Below, in pieces: positions 56,386 through 64,000 of a stretch of DNA of 64,000 nucleotides; within the stretch, counting starts at the first letter, position 1, and each line of letters starts with the position of its first letter. Source of the stretch: Acidobacteriota bacterium (GTDB taxonomy: Bacteria; Acidobacteriota; UBA6911; RPQK01; CBDAPI01). The DNA is taken from positions 922,608 to 986,607 of the forward strand of contig CBDAPI010000015.1 in the NCBI GenBank assembly GCA_965198355.1. The letters are read 5' to 3'. A program made the translations under genes and the position numbers. Below the pieces are notes generated by a model that was given only the letters and a program-made list of their open reading frames with translations, did not search any database and was not told the DNA's origin.

Positions 56386-57675
56386 CTAGAAGCTTGGGCC
56401 ACCTTTGTCGCCTGCCGTCCCAAGACGCACCGTCTCAGAGGCCTGATCAGAACACCCGTCTTCGCCGATCTGGCCATTGAGCCCCAGCTCCCGGTAGACC
56501 TTCAGCGTCCGTGCAGCCACCTGCTCCCAGGAATGAGTTTGCTGAACCCAGTCACGAATTGGTTGACGGCGGCTCTCCAGGTTCGCAAAGAGATCACTCT
56601 CAAAATAGGTGCGCAACTTACGGGCAAGATCTCTCGAATCCCGTGAGCGGCACACGAAGCCCGTCTCGCCGTCTACCACACTCTCTCGTAAGGCCCCCAC
56701 ATCTGAGGCAATCACTGGGAGCCCCTGGTTGTAGGCGAGAAAGAGGACGCCACTCTGGTAGACTCGTGTGTAGGGGAGCACCAGAACATCCGCAGCCTGA
56801 AAATAGACACCCACTTCTTCCTCGGGCACGTGCTCAGGACGAATCGTGACCCAGTCTGAGAGCGGTTTCGTATTCATCAAGGTCTGCAGTCGGTCCCAAT
56901 ACCCGGGATCGTCTTTCACCCGTCCAACCACCAGCAACCTCACCGGCAGGGGACTCGACGTTCGCAACCTGCGAATCGCCTCCAGCGCATATTCGACACC
57001 CTTGTAGGGCGCCAGATTCCCAAAAAAGAGAACGATCCTCTCGTTCCCGTTCAAGCCAAACCGAGCCCGCGCATCCTCTTGCGACAGGGAGCTTATAGGG
57101 GTCACGTCATTAATAGGGAAAGGGATGACGGACACCTTCTCGGGCGCTGCGCCATACTCCTCCAGGAGTTCTGTTCTCATCGCTTCGGTATGTACGAAGA
57201 TGTGTTGAACCTGGCGGTAAAGAAAGCGCAGAGACCACGCATTCAGGGGGCTGATTTGGCCGTCGCGTACCCGCGTGTTCACATTGTGGACGGTGTACAC
57301 CAGTCGCTTTCCCAACGCTCGGTAGTAGAGAACCAGCAGCGTATTGTCAAAGCATTCGAACTTGTTGAACCATAAAATGTGGAGGATCGGCGTCTTCGAA
57401 AAGGCCGCGTACTGGATCAATCGCAGGTAGTAGCGGATCAAGCGCCATCCCTTTGCTCCCCACCAGACATTGGGTTTCTGGCAACCCCTCAGATTCAAGT
57501 AATTGACGAGAGGATCTGCGGCCACTGCGGCCGTCTTCATCTCATCGTTGGCTACGAAATCCACTTCTTGACTACAACGCACGAGGGCTTTGAGCAACCC
57601 CAATTCATAGTGGGGATCCTTGCCCGCTGTGAGAACCGCGACGGAGCTACTCACGGGCTTGAACTCGACTCGCAA
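56386..57675 (-). CDS. GT4-family glycosyltransferase
   Basis: ...FFGNLAPYKG...LVLPYTRVYQSGVLFLAYNQGLPVIASDVGALRESVVDGETGFV. Confidence 0.75.
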   Translation of the reverse strand: MRVEFKPVSSSVAVLTAGKDPHYELGLLKALVRCSQEVDFVANDEMKTAAVAADPLVNYLNLRGCQKPNVWWGAKGWRLIRYYLRLIQYAAFSKTPILHILWFNKFECFDNTLLVLYYRALGKRLVYTVHNVNTRVRDGQISPLNAWSLRFLYRQVQHIFVHTEAMRTELLEEYGAAPEKVSVIPFPINDVTPISSLSQEDARARFGLNGNERIVLFFGNLAPYKGVEYALEAIRRLRTSSPLPVRLLVVGRVKDDPGYWDRLQTLMNTKPLSDWVTIRPEHVPEEEVGVYFQAADVLVLPYTRVYQSGVLFLAYNQGLPVIASDVGALRESVVDGETGFVCRSRDSRDLARKLRTYFESDLFANLESRRQPIRDWVQQTHSWEQVAARTLKVYRELGLNGQIGEDGCSDQASETVRLGTAGDKGGPSF

Positions 57676-57962
57676 AAAGGGGACTCAGTTACGCCGAGGG
57701 TTGTGCATAAGGAAAGCTGGCGACTTACCGCACCCAAGACTTGTTCGACCGAAATCGAGTCCATGCAATTGGGTTTGAAATCGCACTCGGTCTTGTAGCA
57801 GACGAGACAGCTCAGCTCTGGAATGACTTTCTCTCCCTGCCCAAACAGTTCGATTTCATGGTGGCTGGTGGGACCGAAAAGAACGACCACCCGGACGCTA
57901 CGAGCCAATCCCACATGCATGGCTAGTGAGTCCCCTGAGATGAAACTACAGTAATTTATTCA
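57651..57962 (-). pseudogene. C-terminal ~100 aa of a GT9 (LPS heptosyltransferase-like) gene; N-terminal two-thirds replaced by the IS1 fragment
   Basis: ...FISGDSLAMHVGLARSVRVVVLFGPTS...CLVCYKTECDFKPNCMDSISVEQV. Confidence 0.5.
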
Positions 57963-57972
57963 CCAAAGTGTC

Positions 57973-58392
57973 TCAAAGTTGTTGACACGTTCCGTAAGAT
58001 GGAGAGAAGCCCCGAAAACGAGGAGTTCTCTCGTTCTTTTGTTTGCAGTGGACGAAGGACCAGATCTCGTCCGCCTGGACCTGATCTGCCGTGATGTTGC
58101 GGATCTTCTCGTCAAGAATGCGCTCACAGCGTTCTCCGGCCAGCGCAAGAACTCGGAGTACGGTTTCCTTGTGAACGAAAGTCAGACGCGAAGCAGCGTT
58201 GACCCCAACGCCTTCCACTAGCAGGTGGAGAATCTGAACGGCCTTTTCTTCGGAGATCCGCATGTCACCGAGCGGTCCTTCGGCCTTGAACGTCTTACCG
58301 CAGGACAGGCAGCGGTAACGCTGGACGGGTCCGTTGGCGGTTTTGAACTTGCCGGATTTCTTCGCGTGGGCTTTGCAGTAGCAGCATGTCAT
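57973..58392 (-). pseudogene. IS1-family transposase InsA-InsB' N-terminal fragment (139 aa)
   Basis: zinc ribbon CKAHAKKSGKFKTANGPVQRYRCLSCGKTF; HTH ...VGVNAASRLTFVHKETVLRVL; then ADEIWSFV (InsB start). Confidence 0.65.
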
Positions 58393-58762
58393 CGTGGGCC
58401 TTGCCTTTCGATGGCGACTGGCTCACAATGAATTTGTCTCGGCTATCCTGTGAGCAATCGCGGGTTAGTAAGATGGCCCCATCCGGTGTTATCAGCACTG
58501 GGTGGGGCTTTCGTTTCATGGACTCTATTAAACAACAAGCCTTGTTGTTTGTCAAGAGGAAAAACGCGGGTGGGATTCGAACCCAACGAAGTCGTGCTTA
58601 GGTCGACAAGTCCTTGCAAGGAACTTTCCTTGTCAAGTCAAAAGATAAGAATTGACACGGCGGTGGTGCCCTGATAGGGTTTGACACAGATACAGTGCTC
58701 CTTATTCATGCTTAGGTGAGGAGTGTTCTTGGAGGCCCGATGCTTGTAACATCGGGCCTTCC

Positions 58763-59227
58763 TCAGCTCATTCCAGATTGTCTCTCCCGTAGGCTGACAG
58801 TAATCTTGCCGTGTCGCTTTCTCATCTGAAAAAGCCCCTTTGAATTCCGGCGCACCGCAGCATCCAAGCTAGCCCTGTGGATCTTCTTTCCGTGAGCCAC
58901 GATTGCCTCATACAGCTGAGTCATGGTCTTTGGGCCAAACTCGCTGAGAATCTCGACGGCCACTTCAGGAATGCTGCCTTGATACACTCCCTTATCTTCC
59001 AGTTGTTGTCCCGCCGACATGCCTTCAGCGGATTTCATGTCAGCGCCAGTATCGTTCTTGGAGAAACCGTAAGCCTTAAGCCACGCTTGATTGGCCTGTA
59101 CGCACTCTTGAAGACTGACGACTCGCGATTCAAGTTGTCGTAGTTCGTTTTCATCGCGACCCAATTCAATCTTAATACTTTTCGCAATCTCAGATTTAGT
59201 CATCATGTGCAAGTCCTCCGACCGCAC
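58763..59227 (-). CDS. hypothetical protein (AT-richer, possibly remnant of a foreign element)
   Basis: ORF only. Confidence 0.3.
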   Translation of the reverse strand: MRSEDLHMMTKSEIAKSIKIELGRDENELRQLESRVVSLQECVQANQAWLKAYGFSKNDTGADMKSAEGMSAGQQLEDKGVYQGSIPEVAVEILSEFGPKTMTQLYEAIVAHGKKIHRASLDAAVRRNSKGLFQMRKRHGKITVSLRERQSGMS

Positions 59228-59329
59228 TTAGTCTACTACTCATCTCACGGCTTAGTCAAGCCAGTGCTACGCTGTGGTTTAGATGGCTGATGGCTTAAAT
59301 GGATTGACCTGCCTTGTCACAGCCATATG

Positions 59330-59497
59330 CTACGAGGCGATCCTCGGCGGACGCCCACCAGCTTTAGTCTTACGCTTTGCTTGCAGTCGGCGATAATATT
59401 CAGGTCCGCGTTTGGCGGTTTTCTTACCGCCGATCCTGCCGGACTCGGCTACGATGAGTTTTTTAGGGATGGTTTTTCCGCAGTGTGGACATTTCAT
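59330..59497 (-). CDS. 55-aa basic CxxC zinc-ribbon-like small protein (below the ORF-track size cutoff)
   Basis: MKCPHCGKTIPKKLIVAESGRIGGKKTAKRGPEYYRRLQAKRKTKAGGRPPRIAS. Confidence 0.3.
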   Translation of the reverse strand: MKCPHCGKTIPKKLIVAESGRIGGKKTAKRGPEYYRRLQAKRKTKAGGRPPRIAS

Positions 59498-59530
59498 GCA
59501 CGGAAGAATACTACAAGGGTTGTTGATAGT

Positions 59531-60325
59531 CTAGTGGTGGGCACAATCTAACAGACCACTACCCTCCTCTGGATGGAGCATGCTGGGATCAAAGGAGCTC
59601 TCTGTGAACTCACAAAGTAAAGAAACCTCCCGCTCGGGATTCAAAAGGAGGGTTTCAAAGCGAAAGACGGCGTAGTTGGGCAGAGCCACATAACGACGGT
59701 GGATACGGGAAGCCCAGATGTACTGCGCAACACTCATAGCCATTGTCAGTTTTCTGATTAACGTTGCCATCCTTGGATGCTGCCTGACTCTGACTTGTGT
59801 TCCGCCGGGATCATTCTGACGCGACGCTGCAATTGCACGCGGATCCCGGATAACGTGCACGATCTTTGCGTCGGGATACCAATCCAACAACTCAGGGAGC
59901 CAATTCAAATGGACTGGAAATTTCGCACAAAACCGCATATAACCCATGCGCCTTGTGATCTCTTCGAGCGTCACTCGGAAAATCCCAGACAACGATCTGT
60001 CCGACTGCCACATCGCGTCCTTCAGACGCCGAAGAAACTGCGAGTCGTCGGAGAGAGGCTTGATGTCGAGCTTCCAAAACGATCCGGCGAGGCCCGGCAC
60101 CGATTTCATAGCGAACATTAAGTCGACAATTCTATCCACATCGCTCTTTTCTGTCAGGCCGCCGCCGTATCTTCTGAGAAAATATCGAAAGTCTCGCCGG
60201 AATGGCATCGTCAGATAGAGCATCTCACCCGAGAACCGGAAGATCTCCGGATGTTTCTTGAAGAGATTTAGCCACAATGTACTGCCGGAACGCGGTAGTC
60301 CGAGTATAAAAATGGGCTTATTCAT
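59531..60325 (-). CDS. sulfotransferase (PAPS-dependent; 5'-PSB motif)
   Basis: MNKPIFILGLPRSGSTLWLNLF... Confidence 0.7.
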   Translation of the reverse strand: MNKPIFILGLPRSGSTLWLNLFKKHPEIFRFSGEMLYLTMPFRRDFRYFLRRYGGGLTEKSDVDRIVDLMFAMKSVPGLAGSFWKLDIKPLSDDSQFLRRLKDAMWQSDRSLSGIFRVTLEEITRRMGYMRFCAKFPVHLNWLPELLDWYPDAKIVHVIRDPRAIAASRQNDPGGTQVRVRQHPRMATLIRKLTMAMSVAQYIWASRIHRRYVALPNYAVFRFETLLLNPEREVSLLCEFTESSFDPSMLHPEEGSGLLDCAHH

Positions 60326-60661
60326 TCAAGCGTCCATTGTCATACCATTGCGGGCAGAGAGAGGAGATTGCCGTGATCGAAGTCAGCAACGGGGCGTGTG
60401 AGAAGAAGGTCCTAGAAGTGACGCGCCCCCGAACTCCCGAACCAGATTGTATGAGAGTCTGTAGTTCGTGTTTCCCATCCGGGTTCAGACCGACTGAACC
60501 TTCTCGCAGTACCTTAGAGCTGGCAAAAAGGCCGGTCACCTACCCACTCCCGCGACATGAAGGCTCGGCTCAACTGGATTGGTGTGACTCTGACACGAAA
60601 AAAACTACTGCTTATGGGTCGTTACGCCGAAGATTGGTCGGAGGAGCCGGAGCCTCGCCCT

Positions 60662-60986
60662 GTGTCAATGGATGAGGGTATGGATACGGACTGTAACCGG
60701 GCCTTGGCACGTCGTCGAAGTAGTCCTCGCCCGCCTTTATCTGATCCGAAGGTGCGGGGTCATAACAGATATCCGCGACAAAGACAAGCGCAGGCTGAGG
60801 GCTGCCAGCCCACCATCGCCGAAGATCTGTGTCAATGGATGAGGGTATGGATACGGACTGTAACCGGGCCTTGGCACGTCGTCGAAGTAGTCCTCGCCCG
60901 CCTTTATCTGATCCGAAGGTGCGGGGTCATGACAGATATCCGCGACAAAGACAAGCGCAGGCTGAGGGCTGCCAGCCCACCATCGC
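60662..60986 (+). repeat. ~160-bp perfect tandem duplication (2 copies, 1 mismatch) covering the 3' end of the FkbH-like gene
   Basis: 60662-60820 = 60828-60986 (tgtgtcaatggatgagggtatggatacggactgtaacc...cccaccatcgcc). Confidence 0.85.
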
Positions 60987-62537
60987 CTCTTCGATACGCC
61001 GGCCCATGACGCGGCAGCTCAGGATAAAGTCCACAATTCTGGCCCTGCCGCCCTCCAGGCTCAGGCTGGCGATGCCCGACAGACCCGAGTCCCCGAACTT
61101 ATCCGCAACTCGGAAGGTCCAGACCTGGTTGTCATCAACCGTGGCCCAGGCCAGGTACCCCGCCCGAGTCATCCGCCGGGTACTCAGGTTCATCTGGTTG
61201 GTTTTGTTGAGCAGTTGCACTGCTCTTTCCAGATTCGACTCACTCAGTGGCTCAGCTATGACCCGAATGTCCAGCGTCTTCAACCAGTCGTCCAGGGACC
61301 GGACCCCTCGTCTCTGCTCCACTCGCTTTCGCTCGGCTACATACATCCCGGTTCGACTGCGATCCTCTGCCCCGAGAGAAGCGGTGTCGAAACAATCCAG
61401 ACTGAGAAGGGCGCTGCTGTAGAGCAGCGGGTTCTGAGGCCACTCCGGTACTAGAACCTCGGGCAGCGCTTCGCCAACACGAGAGCGCTCAACCGGGTTG
61501 TCGTCGAGAAAGACCGTGGAGTCCAGGCCCAGGTTCAAATCTGCTACCAGATCGACAATGTTTTGAGCCTTATCGTTCCAGTTGATTCGCCAGCCCGCAA
61601 AGTCGTCCACGCCAAGGATCATTTCGGGATGCCGGGCAATTGCCTCCAAGGCGTTTGATTCTTCGTTCTTGCTCGCGATTCCCAGCAGGACACCACGGTT
61701 GGTCAGATCTTTTAAGGCTTTCTGAAAGTCGAGGTAGGCTTCTCCCACTGGATCATGGCCGCCAAGTCGAAGGTTGCGCCACCCCACCTCTCCGACGATC
61801 CCTCCCCACAGGGTTTCATCCAGATCGACTACGATCAGCTTTCGGGTGAGACCCTGCAGCGCCCTGAGAGCCGCCTTGATTTCCTCTGCCGCCACCTTGA
61901 ATGTCTCTGTGTCGAAGGGTGTCTTCGACATGTACCACAGTCTGGGGCTGTAGCAATCCGCACCGACCCGGCTGAGCCAGCCCTGGGCATTGAGTACGAA
62001 AATGGAACCACTTTCTTGGAAGTTCTCGATCAATGTCGAGTTCATGCGCAGCAGAGTCCCGAAAAGACCGCTGGGGTGAGAGAGGTCGATCAAGCCAAGC
62101 CCTCTGAGTAGAGGTGGTAGCGTCCAGCACGGGACAAAGACAGCCTTGAGGCCGTCCGCGGCCTTCGACACCAGCCCGCAGAACTCGTCCACTTCCTCAC
62201 GGATCTTAGCAGCGGAGACACTCTTGAAAGTCAGGGTCTGATTGAAAGTCTCAACGGCGGCCTCCGGTCGGGTCCAGACGACAAGCACGTCGGGATCTTG
62301 CTCCCAGAATTCCGCGTTGGCGCCCATCAGGGTCGGCACGGTCTGGCCAAAAGGCGCCACAACCGGTTGGACAGAGGGAAGCTCCGAAGAATTCCGCAGG
62401 AGCGAGGCTAGATTGTCGAGGTTGAAGTCGGACACTAGTCCAACTGTCCACGAATGCTCATTTGCCACCAGAGTAGGCTCGTTGTTCCGAAGCGTCGAAG
62501 ATGAATGTGGCTGAGGAGTAGTGCTCAAACTCTTCAT
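60927..62537 (-). CDS. FkbH-like HAD-IIIC phosphatase-domain protein; C-terminus modified by the tandem duplication
   Basis: LIVVDLDETLWGGIVGEVG...LLGIASKNEESNALEAI...VFLDDNPVER. Confidence 0.7.
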   Translation of the reverse strand: MKSLSTTPQPHSSSTLRNNEPTLVANEHSWTVGLVSDFNLDNLASLLRNSSELPSVQPVVAPFGQTVPTLMGANAEFWEQDPDVLVVWTRPEAAVETFNQTLTFKSVSAAKIREEVDEFCGLVSKAADGLKAVFVPCWTLPPLLRGLGLIDLSHPSGLFGTLLRMNSTLIENFQESGSIFVLNAQGWLSRVGADCYSPRLWYMSKTPFDTETFKVAAEEIKAALRALQGLTRKLIVVDLDETLWGGIVGEVGWRNLRLGGHDPVGEAYLDFQKALKDLTNRGVLLGIASKNEESNALEAIARHPEMILGVDDFAGWRINWNDKAQNIVDLVADLNLGLDSTVFLDDNPVERSRVGEALPEVLVPEWPQNPLLYSSALLSLDCFDTASLGAEDRSRTGMYVAERKRVEQRRGVRSLDDWLKTLDIRVIAEPLSESNLERAVQLLNKTNQMNLSTRRMTRAGYLAWATVDDNQVWTFRVADKFGDSGLSGIASLSLEGGRARIVDFILSCRVMGRRIEEAMVGWQPSACACLCRGYLS

Positions 62538-63223
62538 GCCTTAGCATCTCCGTCAACACACTTAAACGCTACGAACGCGAAAGTCCTATCCGCGCAGACA
62601 GGGCTAAACTCTAGTCCGCTTTCCTCCATAAACTCTTGGAATGCTCGAGGCTCGTGGTCAATATGGTTCATTTCGTCGAAGTAAATAAACGTACCTGGGC
62701 GAATGAACGGCCGGAGGTGCCGGAGGACGAAGATTGTCGACGAATATAGATCGGCGTCCATATTAAGGACCAGCGTCTCGTGCTTTGGCATACTGTGATT
62801 TGGCAGGACTTGATCAAACCAGCCTTTGAAGAATTTTACTCGTGGATCAGAGATCAAGGGGATCTGTTCTCCGAGGTCGAACCTGCCCTTCTCCCAAGGC
62901 CCACCAGCTTCAGGCAGCCCTTCAAAGCTGTCAAAGCCATGAAGGATCGAATCAGGGTTTTTCAATTCACGGGACCAAAATTCGGTAGCCGCTCCCTTGA
63001 AGACCCCGAATTCGAGATATAGAACCTGATCGCAACGAACTGATTTAAGGATCTCCGTCCATACCTGGCGGCGATTGCCCACTTGTTTGGGAAACCTGAA
63101 TCCACGATCGGACATCCATCTCCCGATGGCCAGATAGTTCCATCCCGCTCTTAGTTGATATACAGCCCAGGTGGGAAGATATCCGCCGATTAGTGCGAGG
63201 ATTTGTTTGGTGAGATACAGCAT
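62534..63223 (-). CDS. TylF-family O-methyltransferase (second copy)
   Basis: ...GFDSFEGLP...KGWFDQVLP...LVLNMDADLYSSTIFVLRHL...GTFIYFDEM. Confidence 0.7.
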   Translation of the reverse strand: MLYLTKQILALIGGYLPTWAVYQLRAGWNYLAIGRWMSDRGFRFPKQVGNRRQVWTEILKSVRCDQVLYLEFGVFKGAATEFWSRELKNPDSILHGFDSFEGLPEAGGPWEKGRFDLGEQIPLISDPRVKFFKGWFDQVLPNHSMPKHETLVLNMDADLYSSTIFVLRHLRPFIRPGTFIYFDEMNHIDHEPRAFQEFMEESGLEFSPVCADRTFAFVAFKCVDGDAKA

Positions 63224-63323
63224 ATCGGTTGCGCTCCCTTTGGGGAGCTAACATCCCGCAAACTATAAACGAGCTTTTTCGTAGCTCGAAGCTCATTCGG
63301 GAACGCAAGGTGGGTCAGGTTCT

Positions 63324-63426
63324 GGGTTTCGGATTTCGGATTGGGGTCACTAAAAATTGCGGATTTGGGCGCGCGGATTGTGGACACTAAGGACTTCGGA
63401 TTTCGGATTTGGAATTGGAGATTTCC
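63324..63426 (+). repeat. largest heptad cluster (GGATTTC/GGATTGG/GGATTTG units in two blocks), overlapping the last codons of the sigma-54 activator gene
   Basis: gggtttcggatttcggattgggg...gcggatttgggcgcgcggattgtgg...ggacttcggatttcggatttggaattggagatttcc. Confidence 0.7.
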
Positions 63427-64000
63427 AGTTTATCCATCAACTGGTACAGAGTTGGGCGACTGATCTGGAGCTCCTCCGCCGAGCGACTGACGTTTCCCTT
63501 GTTTCTGGCTAGAGCCCTTACGATCAGGTCCCGCTCGAGCGCTCCTCGGGCTTCTTTCAGGCCCAACCCTTTGTGGGAAGAGTAGCTTTCCAAACCAAGG
63601 TCACCGGCATCCAACCTTGTCCTCTCCGTCATGATCACGGCTCTACGCACCCGGTTCTCGAGTTCTCGGATGTTCCCAGGCCAGGCATACTCTTGCAGCG
63701 CGGGGAGCGCCTCTTTGCTGAATCCTCTGATTCTTTTTCGGTTCTCATCAGCGTAAAGCTTCAGAAAATACTTTGCCAGCAGCAGGACGTCGCCGTTTCG
63801 CTCTCGCAGCGAGGGCATCGGAATCGTGACCACGGCCAGCCGGTAATAGAGGTCCTCCCGAAAGCGACCCTTGCCCATGGCCTCTTGCAGGTCGGTGTTG
63901 GTGGCGGACAGCACCCGACAGTCAACACTGATCGATTTCCGGCCACCTACCCGCTCGATTGTCCAGTCCTGCAGAAACCGAAGCAGTTTGACTTGCAGCG
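63387..64000 (-). CDS. sigma-54-dependent Fis/NtrC-family transcriptional activator, C-terminal part (N-terminus beyond the window end)
   Basis: ...DLYYRLAVVTIPMPSLRERNGDVLLLAKYF...AWPGNIRELENRV...; Fis-type HTH ...NVSRSAEELQISRPTLYQLMDKLEI. Confidence 0.75.
   Translation of the reverse strand, partial: LQVKLLRFLQDWTIERVGGRKSISVDCRVLSATNTDLQEAMGKGRFREDLYYRLAVVTIPMPSLRERNGDVLLLAKYFLKLYADENRKRIRGFSKEALPALQEYAWPGNIRELENRVRRAVIMTERTRLDAGDLGLESYSSHKGLGLKEARGALERDLIVRALARNKGNVSRSAEELQISRPTLYQLMDKLEISNSKSEIRSP

Noticed and set aside
58560-58640. Complete tRNA gene on the minus strand
   Set aside because: A T-arm-like GGGTTCGAATCCC is present, but no acceptor-stem pairing, D-arm or anticodon arm of legal geometry could be built; kept only as an att-like or tRNA-remnant observation.

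Overview
This window looks like a GC-rich bacterial chromosomal or metagenomic contig. The PEP-CTERM/exosortase pair, sigma-54 regulator and many secreted repeat proteins suggest an environmental Gram-negative bacterium, possibly Acidobacteria- or Verrucomicrobia-like; that attribution is inference. It is heavily colonised by mobile DNA: two IS3-family elements plus an orfB-deleted remnant, two inverted copies of an IS1380-like element, IS200, IS630, an IS1 fragment and a group II intron. It falls into three sectors. Sector 1 (1-10.2 kb) holds a Phd/YefM-VapC toxin-antitoxin cassette sitting between two direct copies of the 3' half of a tRNA-Cys, an orphan HicB-like antitoxin, and a visibly AT-richer block of decayed glycosylation genes with nested IS insertions. 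Sector 2 (10-34 kb) holds cargo between the inverted IS1380-like copies (EEP and metallophosphoesterase phosphoesterases, AraC and XRE regulators, a carbamoyltransferase, a 925-aa FN3/DUF11 surface protein). It is followed by a 1528-aa SBBP/BNR-repeat lipoprotein, a PEP-CTERM substrate with a sigma-54 type promoter, and an operon encoding a ~1290-aa plant-type LRR protein, an FN3 protein and an exosortase. Sector 3 (34-64 kb) is a co-directional minus-strand glycan biosynthesis and decoration locus. It has a GT2 polyprenyl-phosphate sugar synthase, a GT-C transferase, three UPF0104 flippase-like proteins, Wzx, two GT4, an epimerase, an FAD oxidoreductase, two TylF-type O-methyltransferases, a SAM methyltransferase, a sulfotransferase, a frameshifted carbamoyltransferase and an FkbH-like phosphatase, ending in a sigma-54 enhancer-binding protein. 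The most unusual signals are: (a) an unnamed ~90-110 aa module repeated at the C-termini of three otherwise unrelated giant secreted proteins; (b) short arrays of AATCCGA/GGATTTC-type heptads at six loci, mostly at gene 3' ends; (c) a homopolymer G7 frameshift splitting the LRR gene, a candidate phase-variation site; and (d) the tRNA-Cys half-site duplication. No rRNA, complete tRNA or CRISPR array was seen.
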